Below, one piece after another: positions 22,919 to 35,048 of a DNA stretch of 64,000 nucleotides (its first letter is position 1; the number at the start of each line of letters is the position of its first letter). Below the pieces are notes generated by a model, which was given only the letters and a program-made list of their open reading frames with translations, was not told where the DNA came from and searched no databases. Position numbers and translations under genes: made by a program. This stretch comes from Saccostrea cucullata (lineage: Eukaryota). The stretch lies in NCBI RefSeq assembly GCF_032062105.1, contig NW_026928197.1, positions 248,001 to 312,000 of the forward strand, given 5' to 3'.

Positions 22919-23404
22919 TATTTTAAGCTGTGAATAGATCAAAATATTTTTGTTTTATTTATAAGGTGCTCGAACTTGTTTTTCCTTTACATGTACATGT
23001 ATTACCGTAGGGTATTGAATTTCCTTTGACTTCCAGTTACAAGAGAAAATATTTTGCTAAGATGATTTTAAAGAAAGGCTTTTTAGCTGGACAGGATAGA
23101 ACATAAAGTCGTAAAAAAAATGAAAAAGGAAGTAAATAAATAATAAATCGATGCAGTAAACAGTAATTGAAGAGGAAGTTTTTGTGTCTTTGATGAATTA
23201 ATGTAGTAAGAAGTAAATGAAAAGATTTTATGTGTACTATGTTTAGTCATATGATGTAACTCTGAATACGTTATTGGTCTACGCAATTCAACTTTCAAAT
23301 TTGTTTTCAAAGCAGTAATACATTTACATCGTAGTAAACGCCCGTTAAAAATTTTGAAAAGAAAATCACACAGACTTCAGCGGTCCAAAAATACGAAGAC
23401 ATTT

Positions 23405-24649
23405 ATGGATAACGTAACCTATATCCCGGAGAAATTGGAAACTTGGAATAGAGAGCTAGCAGAAAGTTTGATCTTTAATAATGTGATTTTGTCTCTGTAT
23501 ATAATAGTAGGATTCTTCGGAAATTCCACAGTTGTCATAGTCTACGGTTTTATGATGAAAAGCGATAAAGAAGAGCGTTATTTTATTCCATTCCTTGCCG
23601 CTGTGGACCTTTGTGCTTGTATCGTTTGCGCTTCCTTCGGAATTGCTCTCAATTTGATGCAGGCAACATTTGACAACATTATTGCATGCAAAGCTCTGCA
23701 ATTCCTGGTACCGCTTTTTACTTTTAGCTCGATATTATTTCTCTTGATCATTGCTGTGCACAGATATCTGAAGGTCTGCAGGCCGTTTGGAAAGCAGATG
23801 ACGTTAAAGTGGAAACGATTCGCGATGTGTGTGGTTTTGATAATGGCACTTATATTATCATTACCTATGATTTATTTTTATGGACTAGTGTCCTTTCCAA
23901 ACACCGAAAAGGGAATCGTTGGTTTGAGATGTAGCAGGTCAAAATCTGCCACTAAAACATTGTCTTTGATTTTCGGGGGCTTTTTAGTTATTTCGACAAT
24001 CGTAATTATTCTTTCATTGATTATTCTGTATTCAAAAATAGGATATACTATTGTAATACATTTTAGAAATACCAAATCTATTAACAATCATCAAAGTCGT
24101 TTAGAGTCAGAAAATTCGATCGACGTCGATCAGTTTCGGAAAAGAATCTCGAGCCACGAAGATCCACTTAGCGACGAAGGGGACAAGAACTATTCCGTTC
24201 AGACGGAAAACACAGATCTATCCAGTTACTGTTCTGCGGAAACGAACAACAAGAAATTATCTGAAATGAATTCTCCTCGTACATCTATACAAACGGCAAG
24301 GAATGGTGAGACAAGAACGATATCGGAAGGTAACGGCAATCGTCAGAAGAAAAGACGACGGCGAAAGGCAAAACAGAACCGGACAGTTGTATACAAATTT
24401 ACCCTGATGTTTATGCTCATAACCGTCATTTTCCTTATATGTTATATTCCTAAAGTAATAATTATCATGTTCGAAGCTAGAAATCCGAAATTCTGGGAGG
24501 AACTTTCAGATTCTACAAGAGCTGGCGTTTTGTTTGTGTACAGAATGTACATCATAAACAATATCACCAATCCATTTATCTATGCATTCCTAGACAAGAA
24601 GTTTGCAAATGAAATTAAGAAGTTGTTTAAAGTTTGTATAAGAAGATGA
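23405..24649 (+). CDS. Orphan class A GPCR, intact, subtype A (G2, 414 aa from MDNVT)
   Basis: Same motif set. The start is placed at ATG 23405, shared with paralogs (MDN...), not at the TTG used by the ORF track. Confidence 0.95.
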   Translation: MDNVTYIPEKLETWNRELAESLIFNNVILSLYIIVGFFGNSTVVIVYGFMMKSDKEERYFIPFLAAVDLCACIVCASFGIALNLMQATFDNIIACKALQFLVPLFTFSSILFLLIIAVHRYLKVCRPFGKQMTLKWKRFAMCVVLIMALILSLPMIYFYGLVSFPNTEKGIVGLRCSRSKSATKTLSLIFGGFLVISTIVIILSLIILYSKIGYTIVIHFRNTKSINNHQSRLESENSIDVDQFRKRISSHEDPLSDEGDKNYSVQTENTDLSSYCSAETNNKKLSEMNSPRTSIQTARNGETRTISEGNGNRQKKRRRRKAKQNRTVVYKFTLMFMLITVIFLICYIPKVIIIMFEARNPKFWEELSDSTRAGVLFVYRMYIINNITNPFIYAFLDKKFANEIKKLFKVCIRR

Positions 24650-25261
24650 TTTACAGATTTCGTAATGAAGAGAATTTGTTATCTTTTACATAATGACGAA
24701 AAAGAATGCTGAAGTATTTCAGATATTGATGGTAACTGTTTAGAGATATTTATCAATAATTTTACATAGATTATATCTATATTGAGTCTAACCTTGTTTT
24801 CTATAGTAAGCTGCTGCTATAATGATTATACAATTAAACATCAGTTAAATGTTTTACATGTTAAAAAAAGCCGTAGTTCATGATTTGTAACTATTTGTAT
24901 TATGATTGTTTTGTGCCAATAGTTCTTTTAAACCAGCATGACTAAATCTTAAAATCAAAGCCCAACATAGTTGCATTGGAACACCAAAAAAAAAAAAAAA
25001 AAAGAATTGACAGGATTATGAAAATTTTCTAGGCTTTATTTAATAAAGATTGTACAAGAGAAAGACCAAATTTTCCCTCAAATTCAACTTGACTAAAACT
25101 TTCATATTTATTCTAGGACACTAATAATTCTTATCATGTGTAATTTGAAAGAAATTACATAGATATATATACATTTTTTTACATCTAAGTTTGAAATATG
25201 GTCTATCAGCCCCTTGTAAGAAGATTGTGGTATCAAATATTCTTAAAAATCATATGTTGTT

Positions 25262-25850
25262 TTTGAATCCTTACAAACAAAGATAAACAGTGGGTTTCAG
25301 TAAATGTTCAATCAAGCCTCTTTCTTTACTCCTCACTAAGATATAAACAGTAGTGAAGGAGAAATTTCAAGAGTATTGTGCAACAATATATTCATTAGGT
25401 GGTGTAAATCAGATCAAATCAAAATTCCAAGGAACTTTTTGACAATTTGAAATCACGAGATTTTACGAAAATCAACAGCTTTAAAACTTACAACTTTTCA
25501 ACTTTCTACACAACCATTCCCCACGATAAATTAAATCCAGGCTTTTTGAAACCATTGACAGCTGCTTTTTTTTTTTAAAAATAAAAATGCAATTCGTAAA
25601 TTTACTTACCTTTTCATTAGTCATTTGGAAAACTATTTTGTTAAAAAGAATTCTAATTGTACATGTACACACAAGTACTCTGAAGTTGACATCATAAAAG
25701 GTTCTTGAATTTCTGATTGACAATATCTATGTTGTTTTTGGAGATCAGGTCTTCCAACAATATATTGGAATTCCCATGGGTACCAATTGCGCCCCGTCAT
25801 AAGCAGACCTATTTTTGTATTTATATGAAGCAGATTTGTGCAAAACTTTT
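25262..25850 (+). mobile_element. Decayed reverse-transcriptase fragment of a Penelope-like retroelement
   Basis: Broken-frame translation gives KCSIKPLSLLLTK, KTYNFSTFYTTIPHDKL and IDNIYVVFGDQVFQQYIGIPMGTNCAP..ADLFLYLYE, typical PLE RT motifs. Confidence 0.8.
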
Positions 25851-26225
25851 ATGAAATAAGTTAAATCAGATCTCTTCCGTACTTTGTTTAGAGTATCCGA
25901 AACTCCTTTCATGATATTTGTGCCCAGTTTTGAGGAAATTGGCTCCGAGGTGTCTGGAGGAAAAAATACAATTGTACAAGCGAAATCTTTTTTTTTTCTT
26001 TAACTTAATGAAAACAAAAAAAAGGAGAAGATAAACATAAAAAGTAAAATGTTAATGAAAAGGAAGTTTTCTGCTTTTGATTTTATATACTCAATTTAAA
26101 CACTTTAAAAACAATTCAATTTGTCACTGAAGTAAATGTAAAACTTGCAGTTCTGCTCAATAGTTTTTATTAATGAATTTAAAACTAAGGGGGAAAACTT
26201 TTGAAACAGACACTACGCAATAGAA

Positions 26226-27327
26226 ATGGATAATCAGACATCTAGTTTGGAGAAATATAGGAAATTTGGAACAGAGAGTAATCGGAAAGTTTAATCTTCG
26301 ATAATGTAGTTTTGTCTCTTTATCTAATAGTAGGACTGTTTGGGCAACTCCACAGTTATCATATTGTCTACGGTCTATTGATGAAAGGCGAGAAGGAAGA
26401 AAGATATTTCATTCCGTTCCTTGCTGCTGTGGACTTAGGTACTTGTCTTTTTAATTCTTCATTTGGAATAGCTCTCAATGTGTTTCCAGCCAGATTTGAA
26501 AATAATTTTGCATGTAAAAGTTTGAAATTTCTCGTGCCGTACTATACATTCACTTCGATATTACTGAGTATTTCTTTTGATCATTGCTGTACACATATAT
26601 TGCAAGGTCTGCAAACTATCTGGAAAACAAATGACACTGAAATGGAAACAGTTTTCAATGTGTTTAGCCAATTATAGAGATAATTTTATCTTATGCTTTA
26701 TTTTCATGGATCAGAGTCCTTTCCAAACACAGAAGAATGAATAGTGGGATGGCGATGCAACCCATTAAAAACTGCCAATAAAACACTCTCCTTAATTTTT
26801 GGAGGATTCCTTATTATTGCAACAGTTACAATAATAATTTTACTAATTAGCCTGTATTCCAGTAAAGGGTATAAAATTATGTTACAATTAAACAAAATCA
26901 TGACCTTAAACAAGAAAAAATTAAGGATGAAAATTCATATATAAGTTGCAGTCGCATTTCGGCTCAAGGTGATAAAAATAGTGAGAATAAAACCTATTCA
27001 GTTATTAAGGCTGATGGCACTGAATTATCCGATAACCATTCTGTTTCGGAAACACGTGTATCCCCAAGAAATACAAAAAGGTCTTCCAATAAAAGAGTGA
27101 CATTTGAAGAGACTGCGAATCATCATAAAGTATTTGCAACAGAGGAAAAGCAAAAACGAAACCAGGCAGTTGTATGTAAAGTTACCTTAATGTTAATGCT
27201 CATAACCATCATTTTCTTCATCTGTTATATTCCAAAGGTTATCCTTTTGCTATTAGAGGCCAGGAATCCAAAGTTCTGGGAGGGATCTTCAGATTCTACA
27301 AGAATTGGTGTTTTGTTTATTTATCGA
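26226..27327 (+). pseudogene. GPCR pseudogene, subtype B (psi3), multiple frameshifts and a stop
   Basis: ATG GAT AAT CAG ACA TCT AGT at 26226; ORF fragments 26312, 26744 and 27097 match G10 in different frames; homology breaks off in TM7. Confidence 0.9.
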
Positions 27328-27760
27328 TTTTTCGGCATTTTATCAAAACTGCGACCATTGACAATAAAACAATCGAGCCATTATGATTCAATTACTGAAG
27401 AAGAAAATAAAAACTGTTCTCCTAATACTGACAGCACAAAAGTATCATGTTACTATTCTATTAAAAGGGAGAGAATGTGGTTATGCACCTGAAACATCGT
27501 CTAGTATGACAAAATAATGTTCAAATACAATAGTTTTACCCTAAGGGAGTTTTACTTATCATACGTCAAGTGATATATTGAGAAAGTAGAAACAAAACCG
27601 GATAGTTTTGTACAAGTTTTTTATTCTTATAACTGTAATTTTCTCATCTGTTTTGTCCCAAAGGTGATTATTATGCTGTCAGAGGCGAAGAATCCAAAGT
27701 TGGTTAGACCAAAAAAGTTTGCAAAAGAAGTCAAGAAGTTGTTTAAAACCTGTAGATGGG
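27328..27760 (+). pseudogene. Second relic GPCR fragment (ICL3-TM6-helix 8) fused to psi3
   Basis: Similar to the 20838-21178 relic (aagggag...atcatacgtcaagtg...agaaacaaaaccgga...; ends aagttgtttaaaacctgtagatg in both). Confidence 0.7.
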
Positions 27761-28597
27761 TAGAATTAATTGTTACAAGAATTTGTATACAGTTCATGCA
27801 GAAAAAAGAATGTCATAAAACAAATTATTTATCAACTTGTATAATAATTACTGAATTTAATACAAACAACTGTCTTTTTTTAGTCATTTAGCATACTCAT
27901 TGTGTATTAACGCTTGCGTTTACAATTTGAATTTCATTTTAAACTGATCTATAGAAATCATTATCGTTTTATGGTTTGTATAGATGAAAGGGGATGCGTA
28001 ATTTTAAACTCCACAGTTCTTGGGTATTCGAGCTTTCAAAGGTTTTTAATGCACATTGAACAATTACTGTATATTATATTATATCTTTACGATAAAACAT
28101 CAGTTTTGTAATAGTGACATTAAAATAAATTCAGCTATTGTTAAAATGGGGTATTGGGCTAAAGGTACTGAAAATGACAATTGATATAATTAAAATAGTA
28201 ATTAATTTGTTTATCGAAACTGAAAGAGGAGTTGCATTTTCTGATTTTTAACTTCCAATTTAAATTATTCTCTCATGAAGGTTTAATACATTTTTTGGTA
28301 TACTTTCCAGATCTTTAATAGAATATTTGAACCCTAAATTCCACGAGTATTCTTATGTTAATAACTTCCTTATTAATAAATAATGAACTGTAAATGTGTT
28401 TTTATTATTTGTAAATAAATTTTATTATTTTGACGCGACAAGGAAATATTCTTTTTTATAATAAATTCTTGTTCTAAAGAATCAATGAGCAATAATATCC
28501 AGGAGTAGTCCTTGATTTTCTGTTAGGTGATGTGCGCTTTGGTGTAAATTTTGACAATGTAAATTTGTTTTGATTGTTTGAGGGATGCATAATTTAA

Positions 28598-29358
28598 GGG
28601 GGCCGAGTGTAGTTTCCATTGCGTAATATTTCGCACATCATAGTAAAAATGAAGCGTATTTACTTTTTCAAAGCAACTTTTTTTTCGCTTGATCATCAAC
28701 ATTAAACAAAATTAAGAAATAAAAGTATAGAAATGTAATCACAATTCTATATAACTGATTTTTTTAATCGATTTTGCAATTGATAGGTAGGGTGACGTCA
28801 TTAGTCATTAGTGTGTTTTTGACGTTATGATAAACTGAAGCTCTTAAAGTAAGGGGTAATAAAAATGTTATTAAAGAAAAAGTAATAAACATACGCTATT
28901 AAAATTTAAAACATAGAAATTTGAGAATATCTCCATTATTTTTATTATATTTTCATATGAATCCTTTGTGCCCGTCACATTTTGTAGTACTCTATAAAAA
29001 CGGGAAAATTCGTTTATATTTGGCATTTTGAGTTGCCCCCTCTGGTAACAAGACGGTAGAATTTTGTGTTTCTTACATATATTGTATAATATAGTATTAT
29101 TCATCAAATATTATAGTTTGAACAAAACGTCTATTGTAGTATTTGTGTAATTTGCATTAAAATGCTAAAAATTGGCTTTTTCCTTTATAATTCTATAGTA
29201 AATGTACCTGTATTTTGAGCAATATCTCAAAAATACCTGGACGGTAGATTTTCCCCAAACTTGGCATGTACACTGATGTCAATGTAAGTTATATATGGTA
29301 TTAAAATAATGAGTTTCGCTATTGTTGATTTCACACAATAAAACCCCAGTCGGCCCCC
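28598..29358. mobile_element. Kolobok-like non-autonomous DNA element (copy 1)
   Basis: ttaa|gggggccga ... tcggccccc|tgaa; absent from the paralogous spacer at ~22000-22020. Confidence 0.75.
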
Positions 29359-29507
29359 TGAAATAAATCATACACATATATTAATATCAACAACACTGAC
29401 ACGATAATTCTAGTTAAAGAAAAATGAATATAAAAAAGAGAATGGATTTAATTACGAAATATTTTTACAACTGTTTTTTTCAATTTTGTTGAAATATAGA
29501 GATAATA

Positions 29508-29975
29508 AACAGTATTCAAGATCAAAAGTCCAATAACAATACAAATCGGGAGCAGAGCAAACACGGACCTCCAAAACATCAGAGGTGGGATCAGGTGTCA
29601 TGGAGGAATGAGCATCCCCTGCCGACAACTAAACTTCATAAAGAACGTAATGAATACATTTTCTGTTGTCAATTTAAGTTATGTAGCAATATACAATTAT
29701 TACTTTCAAATTAAAGTTGAGGATACAAGAGAATCTCTGGATGAAATAATGACTTTGTTTGTGTCATTTTTGAATTTAAATCTTTTATATAAATTATAAG
29801 ACACTTATTTCCATTCTGACCTGATTACGGTTTCCCCCTTTTATCCGGCGAATACAAAGATGGTATGACCGGTCGACAGGGGATACATGTACATGTTCTT
29901 GCTCTTCCATTGTTCCTGATCCTGTTTCTGTTGGTTTCAGAGGTCTGTGTTCGCTCTCCTCGTAATTTGTATTGT
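29508..29975. mobile_element. Inverted pair of short dispersed-repeat fragments (also ~35196-35660, ~40883-41345, ~46929-47620; single copies ~59190-59345, ~60100-60240)
   Basis: gagcaaacacggacctc...agaggtgggatcaggtg...gagcatcccctgccgac is the reverse-complement relative of gaccggtcgacagggg...cctgatcc...cagaggtctgtgttcgctc ~250 bp downstream. Confidence 0.65.
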
Positions 29976-30713
29976 TTCAATCGACTTTTGAGCACTACTA
30001 GTATTCTTCAACTTCTTATAACCTGCGATCTGAAAAGGATTATGATCTAAGATTGCCGAAATTTCGTACAAACTTATTCAAGACCTCTTTTCAGTATTCA
30101 CATCTATGGAATGAACTTCCCAACACATAAGACTCTCTCAATCTCTGCGAACATTTAAGCATAATGTAGAAAATTACATCACCAGCTGTCGCATAATTAT
30201 TTGAGCACAATAAGATTTCGATATTGTAATTTGTATTCTGATTGTTAATTGTCTGTACATGGACACTATATTCATAATCTTGTAATTGTAATTCTGCGTA
30301 TCATCATCTGCACAAAATATTAAACCCGCTTTTTTAAGTTCACATATAGTATTAAAGAAAGGCTTAATAAATGGACAAACTAGAAAATAATGCTGAAATT
30401 TAGAAATATAAAATAAAGGAAGCATTTTTTTTCTGCGCCTGATAAATAGATGTTGTAAAAGGTATACAAGTAGGAAATCTTTGTAAGTTTGATGAATTGG
30501 TACAGTAATAAGTGAATGAAAAGGGAAGATTTTATATCTTTTATTATTCAAAGTAGCTCTGAATATATTATTGGGCAATGCATTTCAACATTTATTTATT
30601 TCAAAGCGGTTTAATGTGTCTCTATAGGAAAAGGTATACAGTTTTGATAAACGCCCATAAAAGAATTTGTAGAATTCAAAGAGACTGCAGTGGTCCAATA
30701 TACAAAAACATTA

Positions 30714-31963
30714 ATGGATAACGTAACGTATGTGCCGGAAAAATTGGAAGTTTGGAATAGAGAGCTAGCAGATAGATTAACTTCGAATACTGTGATTTTG
30801 TCTCTGTTTACAATAGTAGGGCTTTTGGGAAATTCTACTGTTATCATTATCTACAGCTTTATCATGAAAAGCGACAAAGAAGAGCGGTATTTTATTCCGT
30901 TCCTTGCCGCTGTGGACCTTTGCGCTTGTCTCGTTTGCGCTTCTTCCGGAATTGCTAACAATATGATGCAGGCGACGTTTGAAAACATTTTTGCATGTAA
31001 AGCTCTGCAATTCCTTGTACCGCTTTTTACTTTTAGCTCTATCTTATTTCTGTTAATCATAGCTGTGCACAGATATCTCAAAGTCTGCAAACCGTTTGGA
31101 AAACAGATGACGTTAAAGTGGAAACAATTTGCAATGTGCTTGAGTTTGATAACGTCACTAATATTATCTTTACCTATGATTTATTTTCACGGAGTAGTGT
31201 CCTTTCCAAATACCGAAAAAGGAATCATTGGTTTGAGATGCAGCAGGTCAAAATCTGCCAATAAAACATTGTCTTTGATTTTGGGGGGCTTCTTAGTCAT
31301 TGCGACAGTTGCAATTATTCTTTCACTAGTTATTATGTATTCGAAAATAGGATACACTATTCTGATACATTTCAGACCCACCAAAGCCATTAACGAAAAT
31401 AAAAGTCAGCTAGAGATGGAAAATTCGACCGATGTCGATAAGTCTCGGAAAAGAATCTCGAGCCACGAAGATCCACTTAGCGACGAAGAGGACAAAAATT
31501 ATTCCATTCAGACGGACAACACGGATCTATCCGGTTACTGTTCTGCGAAACGGACAACGCGGGATTATCCGGTATGTATTCTCCCCATATATCTGTACAG
31601 ACAACAAGGAAAGTCTGTGATACGGGAACAACAGCTGAAGGTATCGACAACCGCCCTAAGACAAGAGGACGACGTCGAAAGGGAAATCACAATCGGATAG
31701 TTGTATACAAATTTACCCTGATGTTTATGCTCATAACCGTCATATTCCTCATCTGTTATATTCCTAAAGTCATTATTATCATGTTCGAAGCCAGCAATCC
31801 GAAATTCTGGGAGGAACTTTCAGATTCTACAAGAACTGGCGTTTTGTTTGTATACAGAATGTATATAATAAATAATATAACCAATCCATTTATCTATGCA
31901 TTCCTAGACAAAAAGTTTGCAAATGAAATTATGAAGTTGTTTAAAATTTGTATAAGAAGATAA
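30714..31963 (+). pseudogene. Subtype A GPCR with a single -1 frameshift in ICL3 (G4)
   Basis: tgcgaaacgg at ~31545 vs tgcggaaacgg in intact G8; ORF 30714..31700 holds TM1-5 and ORF 31574..31963 holds TM6-7. Confidence 0.85.
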
Positions 31964-34288
31964 TGTACAGATTTATTAATGAAGATAATTTATTCACTAT
32001 TACATATTAACGAAAAAGAATATTTCAGATGATAATTGTTTAGAGATACTTATCAATAATTAATAGATTATATCTATATGGAGTCTAACCTTGTTTTCAA
32101 TAATATGCTACTACATATATCATTGTACAATTAAACACCAGTGTTATGTTTAATATTTTACATTTGAAAGAAGGCCTTAGTTCATGATTTGTAACTAATC
32201 ATGGTTTGAATAGAGGAAAAATAATACAATTTAATTCTCCATTGTAATTAAGTAGCCTAACTTCGCAAGACAGCTTCATGTTTAACTCAAATGCATTGCA
32301 ACTGCTAATAAAAATTCATATTTAATTCGTTTGCTTTTTGTCGGATAAACAGTGAAAGAAAAATATTAATTTAACTATATCAATTTTTTTTTTATTAGAT
32401 TTGAAATAATTTGAAATACGTGAAAATAAAATGAAAATTCATCTAAACTCATAAAGAGAATTTACATCTTTCGAACCTTAGAAAAATTGAACGAGGTTAT
32501 TTTAATTTCATAAATACCTTTAATTTAAATTGATTATGGGAATTAAGCATACATATTGAAAGTTTTTGTGGGGAGGGGAGGTCCCACTGACCTGCACACA
32601 TTAATTTTTTAACCTCAGTCGGAAGAAGGAAAAGACACATTATTTTATTTTTTCTATGATAATAAATTGAGGAATCTTCTTACATTTATTATTTATTTAA
32701 AACGACATACTTAGGAAGTGATAGAACATATATATACATTGTTTGTTTTTTGTAGCATATCCATGACTAAATCTTAAAATCAAAGTGCAACATACATTGT
32801 AGTTGCACTGGAACACTAAAAAACAAAATGAATTGCCTGAATTATCAAAATATTCTAGGCTTCAATAAATAAAGATTGTACAAGAGGAAGGCAAAATTTC
32901 CCCTTAAATTCAACTTCACTGAAACTTTCATATTTTTTCTAGGATACTTATATCTCTTTATATCTAATTTGAAAGAAATTCAATCATATATTTTTGACGT
33001 CTAAGTTTAAAATATGGCTTATCAGCCCCTTGTAAGAAGATTGTGATATCAAATATTAGATCTGATGATATGCATTATCTTTAAATTAGAAATTGATATA
33101 TTGCAAAAAATTGTTTTATGATCTTAACAAAGACAACCTTTTTTTTACTAACTTTAAATAAATATATTGATTTCGGTTTATTTTGATAAAATAGAATGTA
33201 AAAATAGAACATAAATGAAATGTAAATGTAAATATTCTATACTTTAAGTTTTTTGACAGAAAATGTTAAATTCTACTTTTACACAAAATAAACGGAATAA
33301 TTGAAATGAAACCTAGATTAAAATTGTACAAATTAGTAAAATTAAATCAAATTAAAATATTTTGGCGATTTAAAAGATATTCAGTGCAAATAAATTCATC
33401 ATCAGTAGATGAAATCACTATAATTTACCTTTAACCTTTTTATATGCCATATTTTTTAATTGTTACAAGAATTTGTATACAGTTCATGCTGAAAAAAAGA
33501 ATGTCATAAAACAAATTATTTATCAACTTGTATACTAATTCCTGAATTTAATACAAACAACTGTCTTTTTGTAGTCATTTAGCATACTCATTGTGTATCA
33601 ACGCTTGTGTTTAAAATTTGAATTTCATTTTAAACTGATCTATAGAAATCATTATCGTTTTATGGTTTGTATAGATGAAAGGGGATGCGTAATTTTAAAC
33701 TCCACAGTTCTTGGGTATTCGAGCTTTCAAAGGTTTTTAATGCACATTGAACAATTAATGTATATTATTTTATATCTTTACGATAAAACATCAGTTTTAT
33801 AATAGTTATATTAAAATAATTTCAGCTATTGTTAAAATGGGATATTGGGCTAAAGGTACTGAAAATGACAATTGATATAATTAAAATAGTAATTAATTTG
33901 TTTATCGAAACTGAAAGAGGACTTGCATTTTCTGATTTTTAACTCCCAATTTAAATTATTCTTTCATGAAGGTTTAATACAATTTTTCGGCATACTTTAC
34001 AGATCTTTGATAGAATATTTGAACCCTAAATTCCACGAGTATTCTTATGTTAATAACTTCCTTATTAATAAATAATGAACTGTAAATGCGTTTTTATTAT
34101 TTGTAAATAAATTTATTATTTTGACGCGACAAGGAAAAATATTTTTTTTATAATAAATTCTTGTTCTAAAGAATCAATGAGCAATAATATCCAGGAGTAG
34201 TCCTTGATTTTCTGTTAGGTGATGTGCGCTTTGGTGTAAATTTTGACAATGTAAATTTTTTGCATTGTTTGAGGGATGCATAATTTAA

Positions 34289-35048
34289 GGGGGCCGAGTG
34301 TAGTTTCCATTGCGTAATATTTCGCACATCATAGTAAAATGAAGCGTATTTACTTTTTCAAAGCAACTTTTTTTTTCGCTTGATTATCAACATTAAACAA
34401 AATTGAGAAATAAAAGTATAAAAATGTAATCACAATTCTATATAACTGATTTTTTAATCGATTTTGCAATTGATAGGTAGGGTGACGTCATTAGTCATTA
34501 GTGTGTTTTTGACGTTATGATAAACTGAAGCTCTTAAAGTAAGGGGTAATAAAAATGTTATTAAAGAAAAAGTAATAAACATACGCTCTTGAAATTTAAA
34601 ACATAGAAATTTGAGAATATCTCCATTATTTTTATTATATTTTCATATGAATCCTTTGTGCCCGTCACATTTTGTAGTACTCTATAAAAACGGGAAAATT
34701 CGTTTATATTTGGCATTTTGAGTTGCCCCCTCTGGTAACAAGACGGTAGAATTTTGTGTTTCTTACATATATTGTATAATATAGTATTATTCATCAAATA
34801 TTATAGTTTGAACAAAACGTCTATTGTAGTATTTGTGTAATTTGCATTAAAATGCTAAAAATTGGCTTTTTCCTTTATAATTCTATAGTAAATGTACCTG
34901 TATTTTGAGCAATATCTCAAAAATACCTGGACGGTAGATTTTCCCCAAACTTGGCATGTACACTGATGTCAATGTAAGTTATATATGGTATTAAGATAAT
35001 GAGTTTCGCTATTGTTGATTTCACACAATAAAACCCCAGTCGGCCCCC
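34289..35048. mobile_element. Kolobok-like element (copy 2, co-duplicated)
   Basis: Same termini and flanks as 28598-29358. Confidence 0.75.

Noticed and set aside
23354-23404. Upstream TTG/GTG starts given by the ORF track for G2, G4, G5, G6 and G8
   Set aside because: Eukaryotic genes; paralogs align at the downstream ATG (MDN).
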